Shown: positions 37,801 to 52,800 of the stretch, piece by piece
Layout: each line of letters opens with the position of its first letter
How positions within the stretch are numbered: position 1 is the stretch's first letter
Assembly (NCBI GenBank): GCA_964016885.1
Contig: OZ024742.1
Span: forward strand, 371,318,001-371,382,000
Direction: 5' to 3'
DNA: 64,000 nucleotides
Source: Eledone cirrhosa
Lineage: Eukaryota
The notes under the pieces: model-generated
Database searches by the model: none
The model's input: the letters and a program-made list of their open reading frames with translations, nothing else
Told to the model about the DNA's origin: nothing
Program-made: the position numbers and the translations under genes

Positions 37801-40800
37801 CTCTCCTAGACACCCTACCTTCTCCACAACAGTTAACTGCTCTCATAGACACCCTACCTTCTCCACTGCAAAGTTAACTGCTCTCCTAGACACCCTACCT
37901 TCTCCACAACAGTTAACTGCTCTCCTAGACACCCTACCTTCTCCACAACAGTTAACTGCTCGCCTAGACACCCTGCCTTCTCCACTACAAAGTTAACTGC
38001 TCTCCTAGAGACCCTACCTTCTCCACAGTAAAGTTAAATGCTCTCCTAGACACCCGACCTTCTCCACAGTAAAGTTAACTGCTCTCCTAGACACCCTACC
38101 TTCTCCACATTAAAGTTAACTGCTCTCCTAGACACCCTACCTTCTCCACAGTAAAGTTAACTGCTCTCCTAGACACCAGACCTTCTCCACAACAAAGTTT
38201 ACTGCTCTCCTAGACACCCTACCTTATCCACAACAAAGTTAACTGCTCTCCTAGACACCCGACCTTCTCCACAACAAAGTTAACTGCTCTCCTAGACACC
38301 CTACCTTCTCTACAACAAAGTTAACTGCTCTCCTAGACACCCTACCTTCTCCACTACAAAGTTAACTGCTCTCTTAGACACTTGACCTTCTCCACTACAA
38401 AGTTAACTGCTCTCCTAGACACTTGACCTTCTCCACTACAAAGTTAACTGCTCTCCTAGACACTTGACCTTCTCCACTACAAAGTTAACTGCTCTCCTAG
38501 ACACTTGACCTTCTCCACTACAAAGTTAACTGCTCTCCTAGACACCCTACCTTCTCCACAACAAAGTTAACTGCTCTCCTAGACACCCTACCTTCTGCAC
38601 AACAGTTAACTGCTCTCATAGACACCCTACCTTCTCCACTACAAAGTTAACTGCTCTCCTAGACACCCTACCTTCTCCACAACAGTTAACTGCTCTCCTA
38701 GACACCCTACCTTCTCCACAACAGTTAACTGCTCTCATAGACACCCTACCTTCTCCACTACAAAGTTAACTGCTCTCCTAGACACCCTACCTTCTCCACA
38801 GTAAAGTTAACTGCTCTCCTAGACACCCTACCTTTTCCACAGCAAAGTTAACTGCTCTCCTAGACACCCTACCTTCTCCACAGTAAAGTTAACTGCTCTC
38901 CTAGACACCCTACCTTCTCCACAGTAAAGTTAACTGCTCTCCTAGACACCCTACCTTCTCCACAACAGTTAACTGCTCTCCTAGACACCCTACCTTCTCC
39001 ACAACAAAGTTAACTGCTCTCCTAGACACCCTACCTTTTCCACAGTAAAGTTAACTGCTCTCCTAGACACCCTACCTTCTCCACTACAAAGTTAACTGCT
39101 CTCCTAGACACTTGACCTTCTCCACTACAAAGTTAACTGCTCTCCTAGACACTTGACCTTCTCCACTACAAAGTTAACTGCTCTCCTAGACACCAGACCT
39201 TCTCCACAACAAAGTTTACTGCTCTCCTAGACACCCTACTTTATCCACAACAAAGTTAACTGCTCTCCTAGACACTTGATCTTCTCCACTACAAAGTTAA
39301 CTGCTCTCCTAGACACCCTACCTTCTCCACAACAGTTAACTGCTCTCCTAGACACCCTACCTTCTCCACAACAAAGTTAACTGCTCTCCTAGACACCCTA
39401 CCTTCTCCACAACAGTTAACTGCTCTCCTAGACACCCTACCTTCTCCACAACAAAATTAACTGCTCTCCTAGACACCCTACCTTCTCCACAGTAAAGTTA
39501 ACTGCTCTCCTAGACACCCTACCTTCTCCACAACAGTTAACTGCTCTCCTAGACACCCTACCTTCTCCACAAAAAAGTTAACTGCCCTCCTAGACACCCT
39601 ACCCTCTCCACAACAGTTAACTGCTCTCCTAGACACCCTACCTTCTCCACAACAAAGTTAACTGCCCTCCTAGACACCCTACCTTCTCCACAAAAAAGTT
39701 AACTGCCCTCCTAGACACCCTACCCTCTCCACAACAGTTAACTGCTCTCCTAGACACCCTACCTTCTCCACAGTAAAGTTAACTGCTCTCCTAGACACCC
39801 TACCTTCTCCACAGTAAAGTTAACTGCTCTCCTAGACACCCTACCTTCTCCACAGTAAAGTTAAATGCTCTCCTAGACACCCGACCTTCTCCACAGTAAA
39901 GTTAACTGCTCTCCTAGACACCCTACCTTCTCCACAGTAAAGTTAACTGCTCTCCTAGACACCCCACCTTATCCACAACAAAGTTAACTGCTCTCCTAGA
40001 CACTTGATCTTCTCCACTACAAAGTTAACTGCTCTCCTAGACACCCTACTTTCTCCACAACAGTTAACTGCTCTCCTAGACACCCTACCTTCTCCACAAC
40101 AGTTAACTGCTCTCCTAGACACCCTACCTTCTCCACAACAGTTAACTGCTCGCCTAGACACCCTGCCTTCTCCACTACAAAGTTAACTGCTCTCCTAGAC
40201 ACCCTACCTTCTCCACAGTAAAGTTAAATGCTCTCCTAGACACCCGACCTTCTCCACAGTAAAGTTAACTGCTCTCCTAGACACCGTACCTTCTCCACAG
40301 TAAAGTTAACTGCTCTCCTAGACACTTGACCTTCTCCACTACAAAGTTAACTGCTCTCCTAGACACTTGACCTTCTCCACTACAAAGTTAACTGCTCTCC
40401 TAGACACTTGACCTTCTCCACTACAAAGTTAACTGCTCTCCTAGACACTTGACCTTCTCCACTACAACGTTAACTGCTCTCCTAGACACCAGACCTTCTC
40501 CACAACAAAGTTAACTGCTCTCCTAGACACCCTACCTTCTCCACAACAGTTAACTGCTCTCATAGACACCCTACCTTCTCCACTGCAAAGTTAACTGCTC
40601 TCCTAGACACCCTACCTTCTCCACAACAGTTAACTGCTCTCCTAGACACCCTACCTTCTCCACAACAGTTAACTGCTCGCCTAGACACCCTGCCTTCTCC
40701 ACTACAAAGTTAACTGCTCTCCTAGACACCCTACCTTCTCCACAGTAAAGTTAAATGCTCTCCTAGACACCCGATCTTCTCCACAGTAAAGTTAACTGCT

Positions 40801-43800
40801 CTCCTAGACACCCTACCTTCTCCACAGTAAAGTTAACTGCTCTCCTAGACACTTGACCTTCTCCACTACAAAGTTAACTGCTCTCCTAGACACTTGACCT
40901 TCTCCACTACAAAGTTAACTGCTCTCCTAGACACTTGACCTTCTCCACTACAAAGTTAACTGCTCTCCTAGACACCAGACCTTCTCCACAACAAAGTTAA
41001 CTGCTCTCCTAGACACCCTACCTTCTCCACAACAGTTAACTGCTCTCATAGACACCCTACCTTCTCCACTGCAAAGTTAACTGCTCTCCTAGACACCCTA
41101 CCTTCTCCACAACAGTTAACTGCTCTCCTAGACACCCTACCTTCTCCACAACAGTTAACTGCTCGCCTAGACATCCTGCCTTCTCCACTACAAAGTTAAC
41201 TGCTCTCCTAGACACCCTACCTTCTCCACAGTAAAGTTAAATGCTCTCCTAGACACCCTACCTTCTCCACAACAGTTAACTGCTCTCATAGACACCCTAC
41301 CTTCTCCACTGCAAAGTTAACTGCTCTCCTAGACACCCTACCTTCTCCACAACAGTTAACTGCTCTCCTAGACACCCTACCTTCTCCACAACAGTTAACT
41401 GCTCGCCTAGACACCCTACCTTCTCCACTACAAAGTTAACTGCTCTCCTAGACACTCTACCTTCTCCACAGTAATGTTAACTGCTCTCCTAGACACCCTA
41501 CCTTTTCCACAGCAAAGTTAACTGCTCTCCTAGACACCCTACCTTCTCCACAGTAAAGTTAACTGCTCTCCTAGACACCCTACCTTCTCCACACTAAAGT
41601 TAACTGCTCTCCTAGACACCCTACCTTCTCCACAACAGTTAACTGCTCTCCTAGACACCCTACCTTCTCCACAACAAAGTTAACTGCTCTCCTAGACACC
41701 CTACCTTTTCCACAGTAAAGTTAACTGCTCTCCTAGACACCCTACCTTCTCCACAACAGTTAACTGCTCTCCTAGACACCCTACCTTCTCCACAACAAAG
41801 TTAACTGCTCTCCTAGACACCCTACCTTCTCCACTACAAAGTTAACTGCTCTCCTAGACACTTGACCTTCTCCACTACAAAGTTAACTGCTCTCCTAGAC
41901 ACTTGACCTTCTCCACTACAAAGTTAACTGCTCTCCTAGACACCAGACCTTCTCCACAACAAAGTTTACTGCTCTCCTAGACACCCTACCTTATCCACAA
42001 CAAAGTTAACTGCTCTCCTAGACACTTGATCTTCTCCACTACAAAGTTAACTGCTCTCCTAGACACCCTACCTTTCTCCACAGTAAAGTTAACTGCTCTC
42101 CTAGACACCCTACCTTCTCCACAACAAAGTTAACTGCTCTCCTAGACACCCTACCTTTTCCACAGTAAAGTTAACTGCTCTCCTAGACACCCTACCTTCT
42201 CCACTACAAAGTTAACTGCTCTCCTAGACACTTGACCTTCTCCACTACAAAGTTAACTGCTCTCCTAGACACTTGACCTTCTCCACTACAAAGTTAACTG
42301 CTCTCCTAGACACCAGACCTTCTCCACAACAAAGTTTACTGCTCTCCTAGACACCCTACCTTCTCCACAGTAAAGTTAACTGCTCTCCTAGACACCAGAC
42401 CTTCTCCACAACAGTTAACTGCTCTCCTAGACACCCTACCTTCTCCACAACAGTTAACTGCTCTCCTAGACACCCTACCTTCTCCACAACAGTTAACTGC
42501 TCTCCTAGACACCCTACCTTCTCCACAACAGTTAACTGCTCTCCTAGACACCCTACCTTCTCCACAACAGTTAACTGCTCTCCTAGACACCCTACCTTCT
42601 CCACAACAGTTAACTGCTCTCCTAGACACCCTACCTTCTCCACAACAGTTAACTGCTCTCCTAGACACCCTACCTTCTCCACAACAGTTAACTGCTCTCC
42701 TAGACACCCTACCTTCTCCACAACCGTTAACTGCTCTCCTAGACACCCTACCTTCTCCACAACAAAGTTAGCTGCTATCCTAGACACCCTACCTTCACCA
42801 CAGTAAAGTTAACTGCTCTCCTAGACACCCTACCTTCTCCACAGTAAGGTTAACTGCTCTCCGAGACACCCTACCTTCTCCACAACAAAGTTAACTGCTC
42901 TCCTAGACACCCTACCTTCTCCACAACAAAGTTAACTGCTCTCCTAGACACCCTACCTTCTCCACAACAGTTAACTGCTCTCCTAGACACCCTACCTTCT
43001 CCACAACAAAGTTAACTGCTCTCCTAGACACCCTACCTTCTCCACAGTAAAGTTAACTGCTCTCCTAGACACCCTACCTTCTCCACAGTAAAGTTAACTG
43101 CTCTCCTAGACACCAGACCTTCTCCACAACAAAGTTTACTGCTCTCCTAGACACCCTACCTTATCCACAACAAAGTTAACTGCTCTCCTAGACACCCGAC
43201 CTTCTCCACAACAAAGTTAACTGCTCTCCTAGACACCCTACCTTCTCCACAACAAAGTTAACTGCTCTCCTACACACCCTACCTTCTCCACTACAAAGTT
43301 AACTGCTCTCCTAGACACCCTACCTTCTCCACTACAAAGTTAACTGCTCTCCTAGACACCCTACCTTCTCCACAGTAAAGTTAACTGCTCTCCTAGACAC
43401 CCTACCTTTTCCACAGCAAAGTTAACTGCTCTCCTAGACACCCTACCTTCTCCACAGTAAAGTTAACTGCTCTCCTAGACACCCTACCTTCTCCACACTA
43501 AAGTTAACTGCTCTCCTAGACACCCTACCTTCTCCACAACAGTTAACTGCTCTCCTAGACACCCTACCTTCTCCACAACAAAGTTAACTGCTCTCCTAGA
43601 CACCCTACCTTTTCCACAGTAAAGTTAACTGCTCTCCTAGACACCCTACCTTCTCCACTACAAAGTTAACTGCTCTCCTAGACACTTGACCTTCTCCACT
43701 ACAAAGTTAACTGATCTCCTAGACACTTGACCTTCTCCACTACAAAGTTAACTGCTCTCCTAGACACCAGACCTTCTCCACAACAAAGTTTACTGCTCTC

Positions 43801-46800
43801 CTAGACACCCTACCTTATCCACAACAAAGTTAACTGCTCTCCTAGACACTTGATCTTCTCCACTACAAAGTTAACTGCTCTCCTAGACACCCTACTTTCT
43901 CCACAACAGTTAACTGCTCTCCTAGACACCCTACCTTCTCCACAACAGTTAACTGCTCTCCTAGACACCCTACCTTCTCCACAACAGTTAACTGCTCGCC
44001 TAGACACCCTGCCTTCTCCACTACAAAGTTAACTGCTCTCCTAGACACCCTACCTTCTCCACAGTAAAGTTAAATGCTCTCCTAGACACCCGACCTTCTC
44101 CACAGTAAAGTTAACTGCTCTCCTAGACACCCTACCTTCTCCACAACAAAGTTAACTGCTCTCCTAGACACTTGACCTTCTCCACTACAAAGTTAACTGC
44201 TCTCCTAGACACTTGACCTTCTCTATTACAAAGTTAACTACTCTCCTAGACACTCTACCTTCTCCACAACAGTTAACTGCTCTCCTAGACACCCTACCTT
44301 CTCCACTGTAAAGTTAACTGCTCTCCTAGACACCCAACCTTCACAACAAAGTTAACTGCTCTCCTAGACACCCTACTTTCTCCACAACAGTTAACTGCTC
44401 TCCTAGACACCCTACCTTCTCCACAACAGTTAACTGCTCTCCTAGACACCCTACCTTCTCCACAACAGTTAACTGCTCGCCTAGACACCCTGCCTTCTCC
44501 ACTACAAAGTTAACTGCTCTCCTAGACACCCTACCTTCTCCACAGTAAAGTTAAATGCTCTCCTAGACACCCGACCTTCTCCACAGTAAAGTTAACTGCT
44601 CTCCTAGACACCCTACCTTCTCCACAGTAAAGTTAACTGCTCTCCTAGACACCCTACCTTCTCCACAGTAAAGTTAACTGCTCTCCTAGACACCAGACCT
44701 TCTCCACAACAAAGTTTACTGCTCTCCTAGACACCCTACCTTATCCACAACAAAGTTAACTGCTCTCCTAGACACCCGACCTTCTCCACAACAAAGTTAA
44801 CTGCTCTCCTAGACACCCTACCTTCTCCACAACAAAGTTAACTGCTCTCCTACACACCCTACCTTCTCCACTACAAAGTTAACTGCTCTCCTAGACACCC
44901 TACCTTCTCCACTACAAAGTTAACTGCTCTCCTAGACACCCTACCTTCTCCACAGTAAAGTTAACTGCTCTCCTAGACACCCTACCTTTTCCACAGCAAA
45001 GTTAACTACTCTCCTAGACACCCTACCTTCTCCACAGTAAAGTTAACTGCTCTCCTAGACACCCTACCTTCTCCACACTAAAGTTAACTGCTCTCCTAGA
45101 CACCCTACCTTCTCCACAACAAAGTTAACTGCTCTCCTAGACACCCTACCTTTTCCACAGTAAAGTTAACTGCTCTCCTAGACACTTGACCTTCTCCACT
45201 ACAAAGTTAACTGCTCTCCTAGACACTTGACCTTCTCCACTACAAAGTTAACTGCTCTCCTAGACACTTGACCTTCTCCACTACAAAGTTAACTGCTCTC
45301 CTAGACACCAGACCTTCTCCACAACAAAGTTTACTGCTCTCCTAGACACCCTACCTTATCCAGAACAAAGTTAACTGCTCTCCTAGACACTTGATCTTCT
45401 CCACTACAAAGTTAACTGCTCTCCTAGACACCCTACTTTCTCCACAACAGTTAACTGCTCTCCTAGACACCCTACCTTCTCCACAACAGTTAACTGCTCT
45501 CCTAGACACCCTACCTTCTCCACAACAGTTAACTGCTCGCCTAGACACCCTGCCTTCTCCACTACAAAGTTAACTGCTCTCCTAGACACCCTACCTTCTC
45601 CACAGTAAAGTTAAATGCTCTCCTAGACACCCGACCTTCTCCACAGTAAAGTTAACTGCTCTCCTAGACACCCTACCTTCTCCACAGTAAAGTTAACTGC
45701 TCTCCTAGACACTTGACCTTCTCCACTACAAAGTTAACTGCTCTCCTAGACACTTGACCTTCTCCACTACAAAGTTAACTGCTCTCCTAGACACCAGACC
45801 TTCTCCACAACAAAGTTAACTGCTCTCCTAGACACCCTACCTTCTCCACAACAAAGTTAACTGCTCTCCTAGACACCCTACCTTCTCCACAACAGTTAAC
45901 TGCTCTCATAGACACCCTACCTTCTCCACTGCAAAGTTAACTGCTCTCCTAGACACCCTACCTTCTCCACAACAGTTAACTGCTCTCCTAGACACCCTAC
46001 CTTCTCCACAACAGTTAACTGCTCGCCTAGACACCCTGCCTTCTCCACTACAAAGTTAACTGCTCTCCTAGAGACCCTACCTTCTCCACAGTAAAGTTAA
46101 ATGCTCTCCTAGACACCCGACCTTCTCCACAGTAAAGTTAACTGCTCTCCTAGACACCCTACCTTCTCCACATTAAAGTTAACTGCTCTCCTAGACACCC
46201 TACCTTCTCCACAGTAAAGTTAACTGCTCTCCTAGACACCAGACCTTCTCCACAACAAAGTTTACTGCTCTCCTAGACACCCTACCTTATCCACAACAAA
46301 GTTAACTGCTCTCCTAGACACCCGACCTTCTCCACAACAAAGTTAACTGCTCTCCTAGACACCCTACCTTCTCTACAACAAAGTTAACTGCTCTCCTAGA
46401 CACCCTACCTTCTCCACTACAAAGTTAACTGCTCTCTTAGACACTTGACCTTCTCCACTACAAAGTTAACTGCTCTCCTAGACACTTGACCTTCTCCACT
46501 ACAAAGTTAACTGCTCTCCTAGACACTTGACCTTCTCCACTACAAAGTTAACTGCTCTCCTAGACACTTGACCTTCTCCACTACAAAGTTAACTGCTCTC
46601 CTAGACACCCTACCTTCTCCACAACAAAGTTAACTGCTCTCCTAGACACCCTACCTTCTGCACAACAGTTAACTGCTCTCATAGACACCCTACCTTCTCC
46701 ACTACAAAGTTAACTGCTCTCCTAGACACCCTACCTTCTCCACAACAGTTAACTGCTCTCCTAGACACCCTACCTTCTCCACAACAGTTAACTGCTCTCA

Positions 46801-49800
46801 TAGACACCCTACCTTCTCCACAGCAAAGTTAACTGCTCTCCTAGACACCCTACCTTCTCCACAGTAAAGTTAACTGCTCTCCTAGACACCCTACCTTCTC
46901 CACAACAAAGTTAACTGCTCTCCTAGACACCCTACCTTTTCCACAGTAAAGTTAACTGCTCTCCTAGACACCCTACCTTCTCCACTACAAAGTTAACTGC
47001 TCTCCTAGACACTTGACCTTCTCCACTACAAAGTTAACTGCTCTCCTAGACACTTGACCTTCTCCACTACAAAGTTAACTGCTCTCCTAGACACCAGACC
47101 TTCTCCACAACAAAGTTTACTGCTCTCCTAGACACCCTACTTTATCCACAACAAAGTTAACTGCTCTCCTAGACACTTGATCTTCTCCACTACAAAGTTA
47201 ACTGCTCTCCTAGACACCCTACCTTCTCCACAACAGTTAACTGCTCTCCTAGACACCCTACCTTCTCCACAACAAAGTTAACTGCTCTCCTAGACACCCT
47301 ACCTTCTCCACAACAGTTAACTGCTCTCCTAGACACCCTACCTTCTCCACAACAAAATTAACTGCTCTCCTAGACACCCTACCTTCTCCACAGTAAAGTT
47401 AACTGCTCTCCTAGACACCCTACCTTCTCCACAACAGTTAACTGCTCTCCTAGACACCCTACCTTCTCCACAAAAAAGTTAACTGCCCTCCTAGACACCC
47501 TACCCTCTCCACAACAGTTAACTGCTCTCCTAGACACCCTACCTTCTCCACAACAAAGTTAACTGCCCTCCTAGACACCCTACCTTCTCCACAAAAAAGT
47601 TAACTGCCCTCCTAGACACCCTACCCTCTCCACAACAGTTAACTGCTCTCCTAGACACCCTACCTTCTCCACAGTAAAGTTAACTGCTCTCCTAGACACC
47701 CTACCTTCTCCACAGTAAAGTTAACTGCTCTCCTAGACACCCTACCTTCTCCACACTAAAGTTAAATGCTCTCCTAGACACCCGACCTTCTCCACAGTAA
47801 AGTTAACTGCTCTCCTAGACACCCCACCTTATCCACAACAAAGTTAACTGCTCTCCTAGACACTTGATCTTCTCCACTACAAAGTTAACTGCTCTCCTAG
47901 ACACCCTACTTTCTCCACAACAGTTAACTGCTCTCCTAGACACCCTACCTTCTCCACAACAGTTAACTGCTCTCCTAGACACCCTACCTTCTCCACAACA
48001 GTTAACTGCTCGCCTAGACACCCTGCCTTCTCCACTACAAAGTTAACTGCTCTCCTAGACACCCTACCTTCTCCACAGTAAAGTTAAATGCTCTCCTAGA
48101 CACCCGACCTTCTCCACAGTAAAGTTAACTGCTCTCCTAGACACTTGACCTTCTCCACTACAAAGTTAACTGCTCTCCTAGACACTTGACCTTCTCCACT
48201 ACAAAGTTAACTGCTCTCCTAGACACTTGACCTTCTCCACTACAAAGTTAACTGCTCTCCTAGACACTTGACCTTCTCCACTACAACGTTAACTGCTCTC
48301 CTAGACACCAGACCTTCTCCACAACAAAGTTAACTGCTCTCCTAGACACCCTACCTTCTCCACAACAGTTAACTGCTCTCATAGACACCCTACCTTCTCC
48401 ACTGCAAAGTTAACTGCTCTCCTAGACACCCTACCTTCTCCACAACAGTTAACTGCTCTCCTAGACACCCTACCTTCTCCACAACAGTTAACTGCTCGCC
48501 TAGACACCCTGCCTTCTCCACTACAAAGTTAACTGCTCTCCTAGACACCCTACCTTCTCCACAGTAAAGTTAAATGCTCTCCTAGACACCCGATCTTCTC
48601 CACAGTAAAGTTAACTGCTCTCCTAGACACCCTACCTTCTCCACAGTAAAGTTAACTGCTCTCCTAGACACTTGACCTTCTCCACTACAAAGTTAACTGC
48701 TCTCCTAGACACTTGACCTTCTCCACTACAAAGTTAACTGCTCTCCTAGACACTTGACCTTCTCCACTACAAAGTTAACTGCTCTCCTAGACACCAGACC
48801 TTCTCCACAACAAAGTTAACTGCTCTCCTAGACACCCTACCTTCTCCACAACAGTTAACTGCTCTCATAGACACCCTACCTTCTCCACTGCAAAGTTAAC
48901 TGCTCTCCTAGACACCCTACCTTCTCCACAACAGTTAACTGCTCTCCTAGACACCCTACCTTCTCCACAACAGTTAACTGCTCGCCTAGACATCCTGCCT
49001 TCTCCACTACAAAGTTAACTGCTCTCCTAGACACCCTACCTTCTCCACAGTAAAGTTAAATGCTCTCCTAGACACCCTACCTTCTCCACAACAGTTAACT
49101 GCTCTCATAGACACCCTACCTTCTCCACTGCAAAGTTAACTGCTCTCCTAGACACCCTACCTTCTCCACAACAGTTAACTGCTCTCCTAGACACCCTACC
49201 TTCTCCACAACAGTTAACTGCTCGCCTAGACACCCTGCCTTCTCCACTACAAAGTTAACTGCTCTCCTAGACACCCTACCTTCTCCACAGTAAAGTTAAA
49301 TGCTCTCCTAGACACCCGACCTTCTCCACAGTAAAGTTAACTGCTCTCCTAGACACCCTACCTTCTCCACAGTAAAGTTAACTGCTCTCCTAGACACTTG
49401 ACCTTCTCCACTACAAAGTTAACTGCTCTCCTAGACACTTGACCTTCTCCACTACAAAGTTAACTGCTCTCCTAGACACTTCACCTTCTCCACTACAAAG
49501 TTAACTGCTCTCCTAGACACTTGACCTTCTCCACTACAAAGTTAACTGCTCTCCTAGACACTTGACCTTCTCCACTACAAAGTTAACTGCTCTCCTAGAC
49601 ACCAGACCTTCTCCACAACAAAGTTAACTGCTCTCCTAGACACCCTACCTTCTCCACAACAGTTAACTGCTCTCATAGACACCCCACCTTCTCCACTGCA
49701 AAGTTAACTGCTCTCCTAGACACCCTACCTTCTCCACAACAGTTAACTGCTCTCCTAGACACCCTACCTTCTCCACAACAGTTAACTGCTCGCCTAGACA

Positions 49801-52800
49801 CCCTGCCTTCTCCACTACAAAGTTAACTGCTCTCCTAGACACCCTACCTTCTCCACAGTAAAGTTAAATGCTCTCCTAGACACCCGACCTTCTCCACAGT
49901 AAAGTTAACTGCTCTCCTAGACACCCTACCTTCTCCACATTAAAGTTAACTGCTCTCCTAGACACCCTACCTTCTCCACATTAAAGTTAACTGCTCTCCT
50001 AGACACCCTACCTTCTCCACAGTAAAGTTAACTGCTCTCCTAGACACCAGACCTTCTCCACAACAAAGTTTACTGCTCTCCTAGACACCCTACCTTATCC
50101 ACAACAAAGTTAACTGCTCTCCTAGACACCCGACCTTCTCCACAACAAAGTTAACTGCTCTCCTAGACACCCTACCTTCTCCACAACAAAGTTAACTGCT
50201 CTCCTAGACACCCTACCTTCTCCACTACAAAGTTAACTGCTCTCCTAGACACTTGACCTTCTCCACTACAAAGTTAACTGCTCTCCTAGACACTTGACCT
50301 TCTCCACTACAAAGTTAACTGCTCTCCTAGACACTTGACCTTCTCCACAACAAAGTTAACTGCTCTCCTAGACACCCTACCTTCTGCACAACAGTTAACT
50401 GCTCTCATAGACACCCTACCTTCTCCACTACAAAGTTAACTGCTCTCCTAGACACCCTACCTTCTCCACAACAGTTAACTGCTCTCCTAGACACCCTACC
50501 TTCTCCACAACAGTCAACTGCTCTCATAGACACCCTACCTTCTCCACTACAAAGTTAACTGCTCTCCTAGACACCCTACCTTCTCCACAGTAAAGTTAAC
50601 TGCTCTCCTAGACACCCTACCTTTTCCACAGCAAAGTTAACTGCTCTCCTAGACACCCTACCTTCTCCACAGTAAAGTTAACTGCTCTCCTAGACACCCT
50701 ACCTTCTCCACAGTAAAGTTAACTGCTCTCCTAGACACCCTACCTTCTCCACAACAGTTAACTGCTCTCCTAGACACCCTACCTTCTCCACAACAAAGTT
50801 AACTGCTCTCCTAGACACCCTACCTTTTCCACAGTAAAGTTAACTGCTCTCCTAGACACCCTACCTTCTCCACTACAAAGTTAACTGCTCTCCTAGACAC
50901 TTGACCTTCTCCACTACAAAGTTAACTGCTCTCCTAGACACTTGACCTTCTCCACTACAAAGTTAACTGCTCTCCTAGACACCAGACCTTCTCCACAACA
51001 AAGTTTACTGCTCTCCTAGACACCCTACCTTATCCACAACAAAGTTAACTGCTCTCCTAGACACTTGATCTTCTCCACTACAAAGTTAACTGCTCTCCTA
51101 GACACCCTACCTTCTCCACAACAGTTAACTGCTCTCCTAGACACCCTACCTTCTCCACAACAAAGTTAACTGCTCTCCTAGACACCCTACCTTCTCCACA
51201 ACAGTTAACTGCTCGCCTAGACACCCTGCCTTCTCCACTACAAAGTTAACTGCTCTCCTAGACACCCTACCTTCTCCACAGTAAAGTTAAATGCTCTCCT
51301 AGACACCCGACCTTCTCCACAGTAAAGTTAACTGCTCTCCTAGACACCCTACCTTCTCCACAGTAAAGTTAACTGCTCTCCTAGACACTTGACCTTCTCC
51401 ACTACAAAGTTAACTGCTCTCCTAGACACTTGACCTTCTCCACTACAAAGTTAACTGCTCTCCTAGACACTTGACCTTCTCCACTACAAAGTTAACTGCT
51501 CTCCTAGACACTTGACCTTCTCCACTACAACGTTAACTGCTCTCCTAGACACCAGACCTTCTCCACAACAAAGTTAACTGCTCTCCTAGACACCCTACCT
51601 TCTCCACAACAGTTAACTGCTCTCATAGACACCCTACCTTCTCCACAGTAAAGTTAAATGCTCTCCTAGACACCCGACCTTCTCCACAGTAAAGTTAACT
51701 GCTCTCCTAGACACCCTACCTTCTCCACAACAAAGTTAACTGCTCTCCTAGACACTTGACCTTCTCCACTACAAAGTTAACTGCTCTCCTAGACACTTGA
51801 CCTTCTCTATTACAAAGTTAACTACTCTCCTAGACACTCTACCTTCTCCACAACAGTTAACTGCTCTCCTAGACACCCTACCTTCTCCACTGTAAAGTTA
51901 ACTGCTCTCCTAGACACCCAACCTTCACAACAAAGTTAACTGCTCTCCTAGACACCCTACTTTCTCCACAACAGTTAACTGCTCTCCTAGACACCCTACC
52001 TTCTCCACAACAGTTAACTGCTCTCCTAGACACCCTACCTTCTCCACAACAGTTAACTGCTCGCCTAGACACCCTGCCTTCTCCACTACAAAGTTAACTG
52101 CTCTCCTAGACACCCTACCTTCTCCACAGTAAAGTTAAATGCTCTCCTAGACACCCGACCTTCTCCACAGTAAAGTTAACTGCTCTCCTAGACACCCTAC
52201 CTTCTCCACAGTAAAGTTAACTGCTCTCCTAGACACCCTACCTTCTCCACAGTAAAGTTAACTGCTCTCCTAGACACCAGACCTTCTCCACAACAAAGTT
52301 TACTGCTCTCCTAGACACCCTACCTTATCCACAACAAAGTTAACTGCTCTCCTAGACACCCGACCTTCTCCACAACAAAGTTAACTGCTCTCCTAGACAC
52401 CCTACCTTCTCCACAACAAAGTTAACTGCTCTCCTACACACCCTACCTTCTCCACTACAAAGTTAACTGCTCTCCTAGACACCCTACCTTCTCCACTACA
52501 AAGTTAACTGCTCTCCTAGACACCCTACCTTCTCCACAGTAAAGTTAACTGCTCTCCTAGACACCCTACCTTTTCCACAGCAAAGTTAACTACTCTCCTA
52601 GACACCCTACCTTCTCCACAGTAAAGTTAACTGCTCTCCTAGACACCCTACCTTCTCCACACTAAAGTTAACTGCTCTCCTAGACACCCTACCTTCTCCA
52701 CAACAAAGTTAACTGCTCTCCTAGACACCCTACCTTTTCCACAGTAAAGTTAACTGCTCTCCTAGACACTTGACCTTCTCCACTACAAAGTTAACTGCTC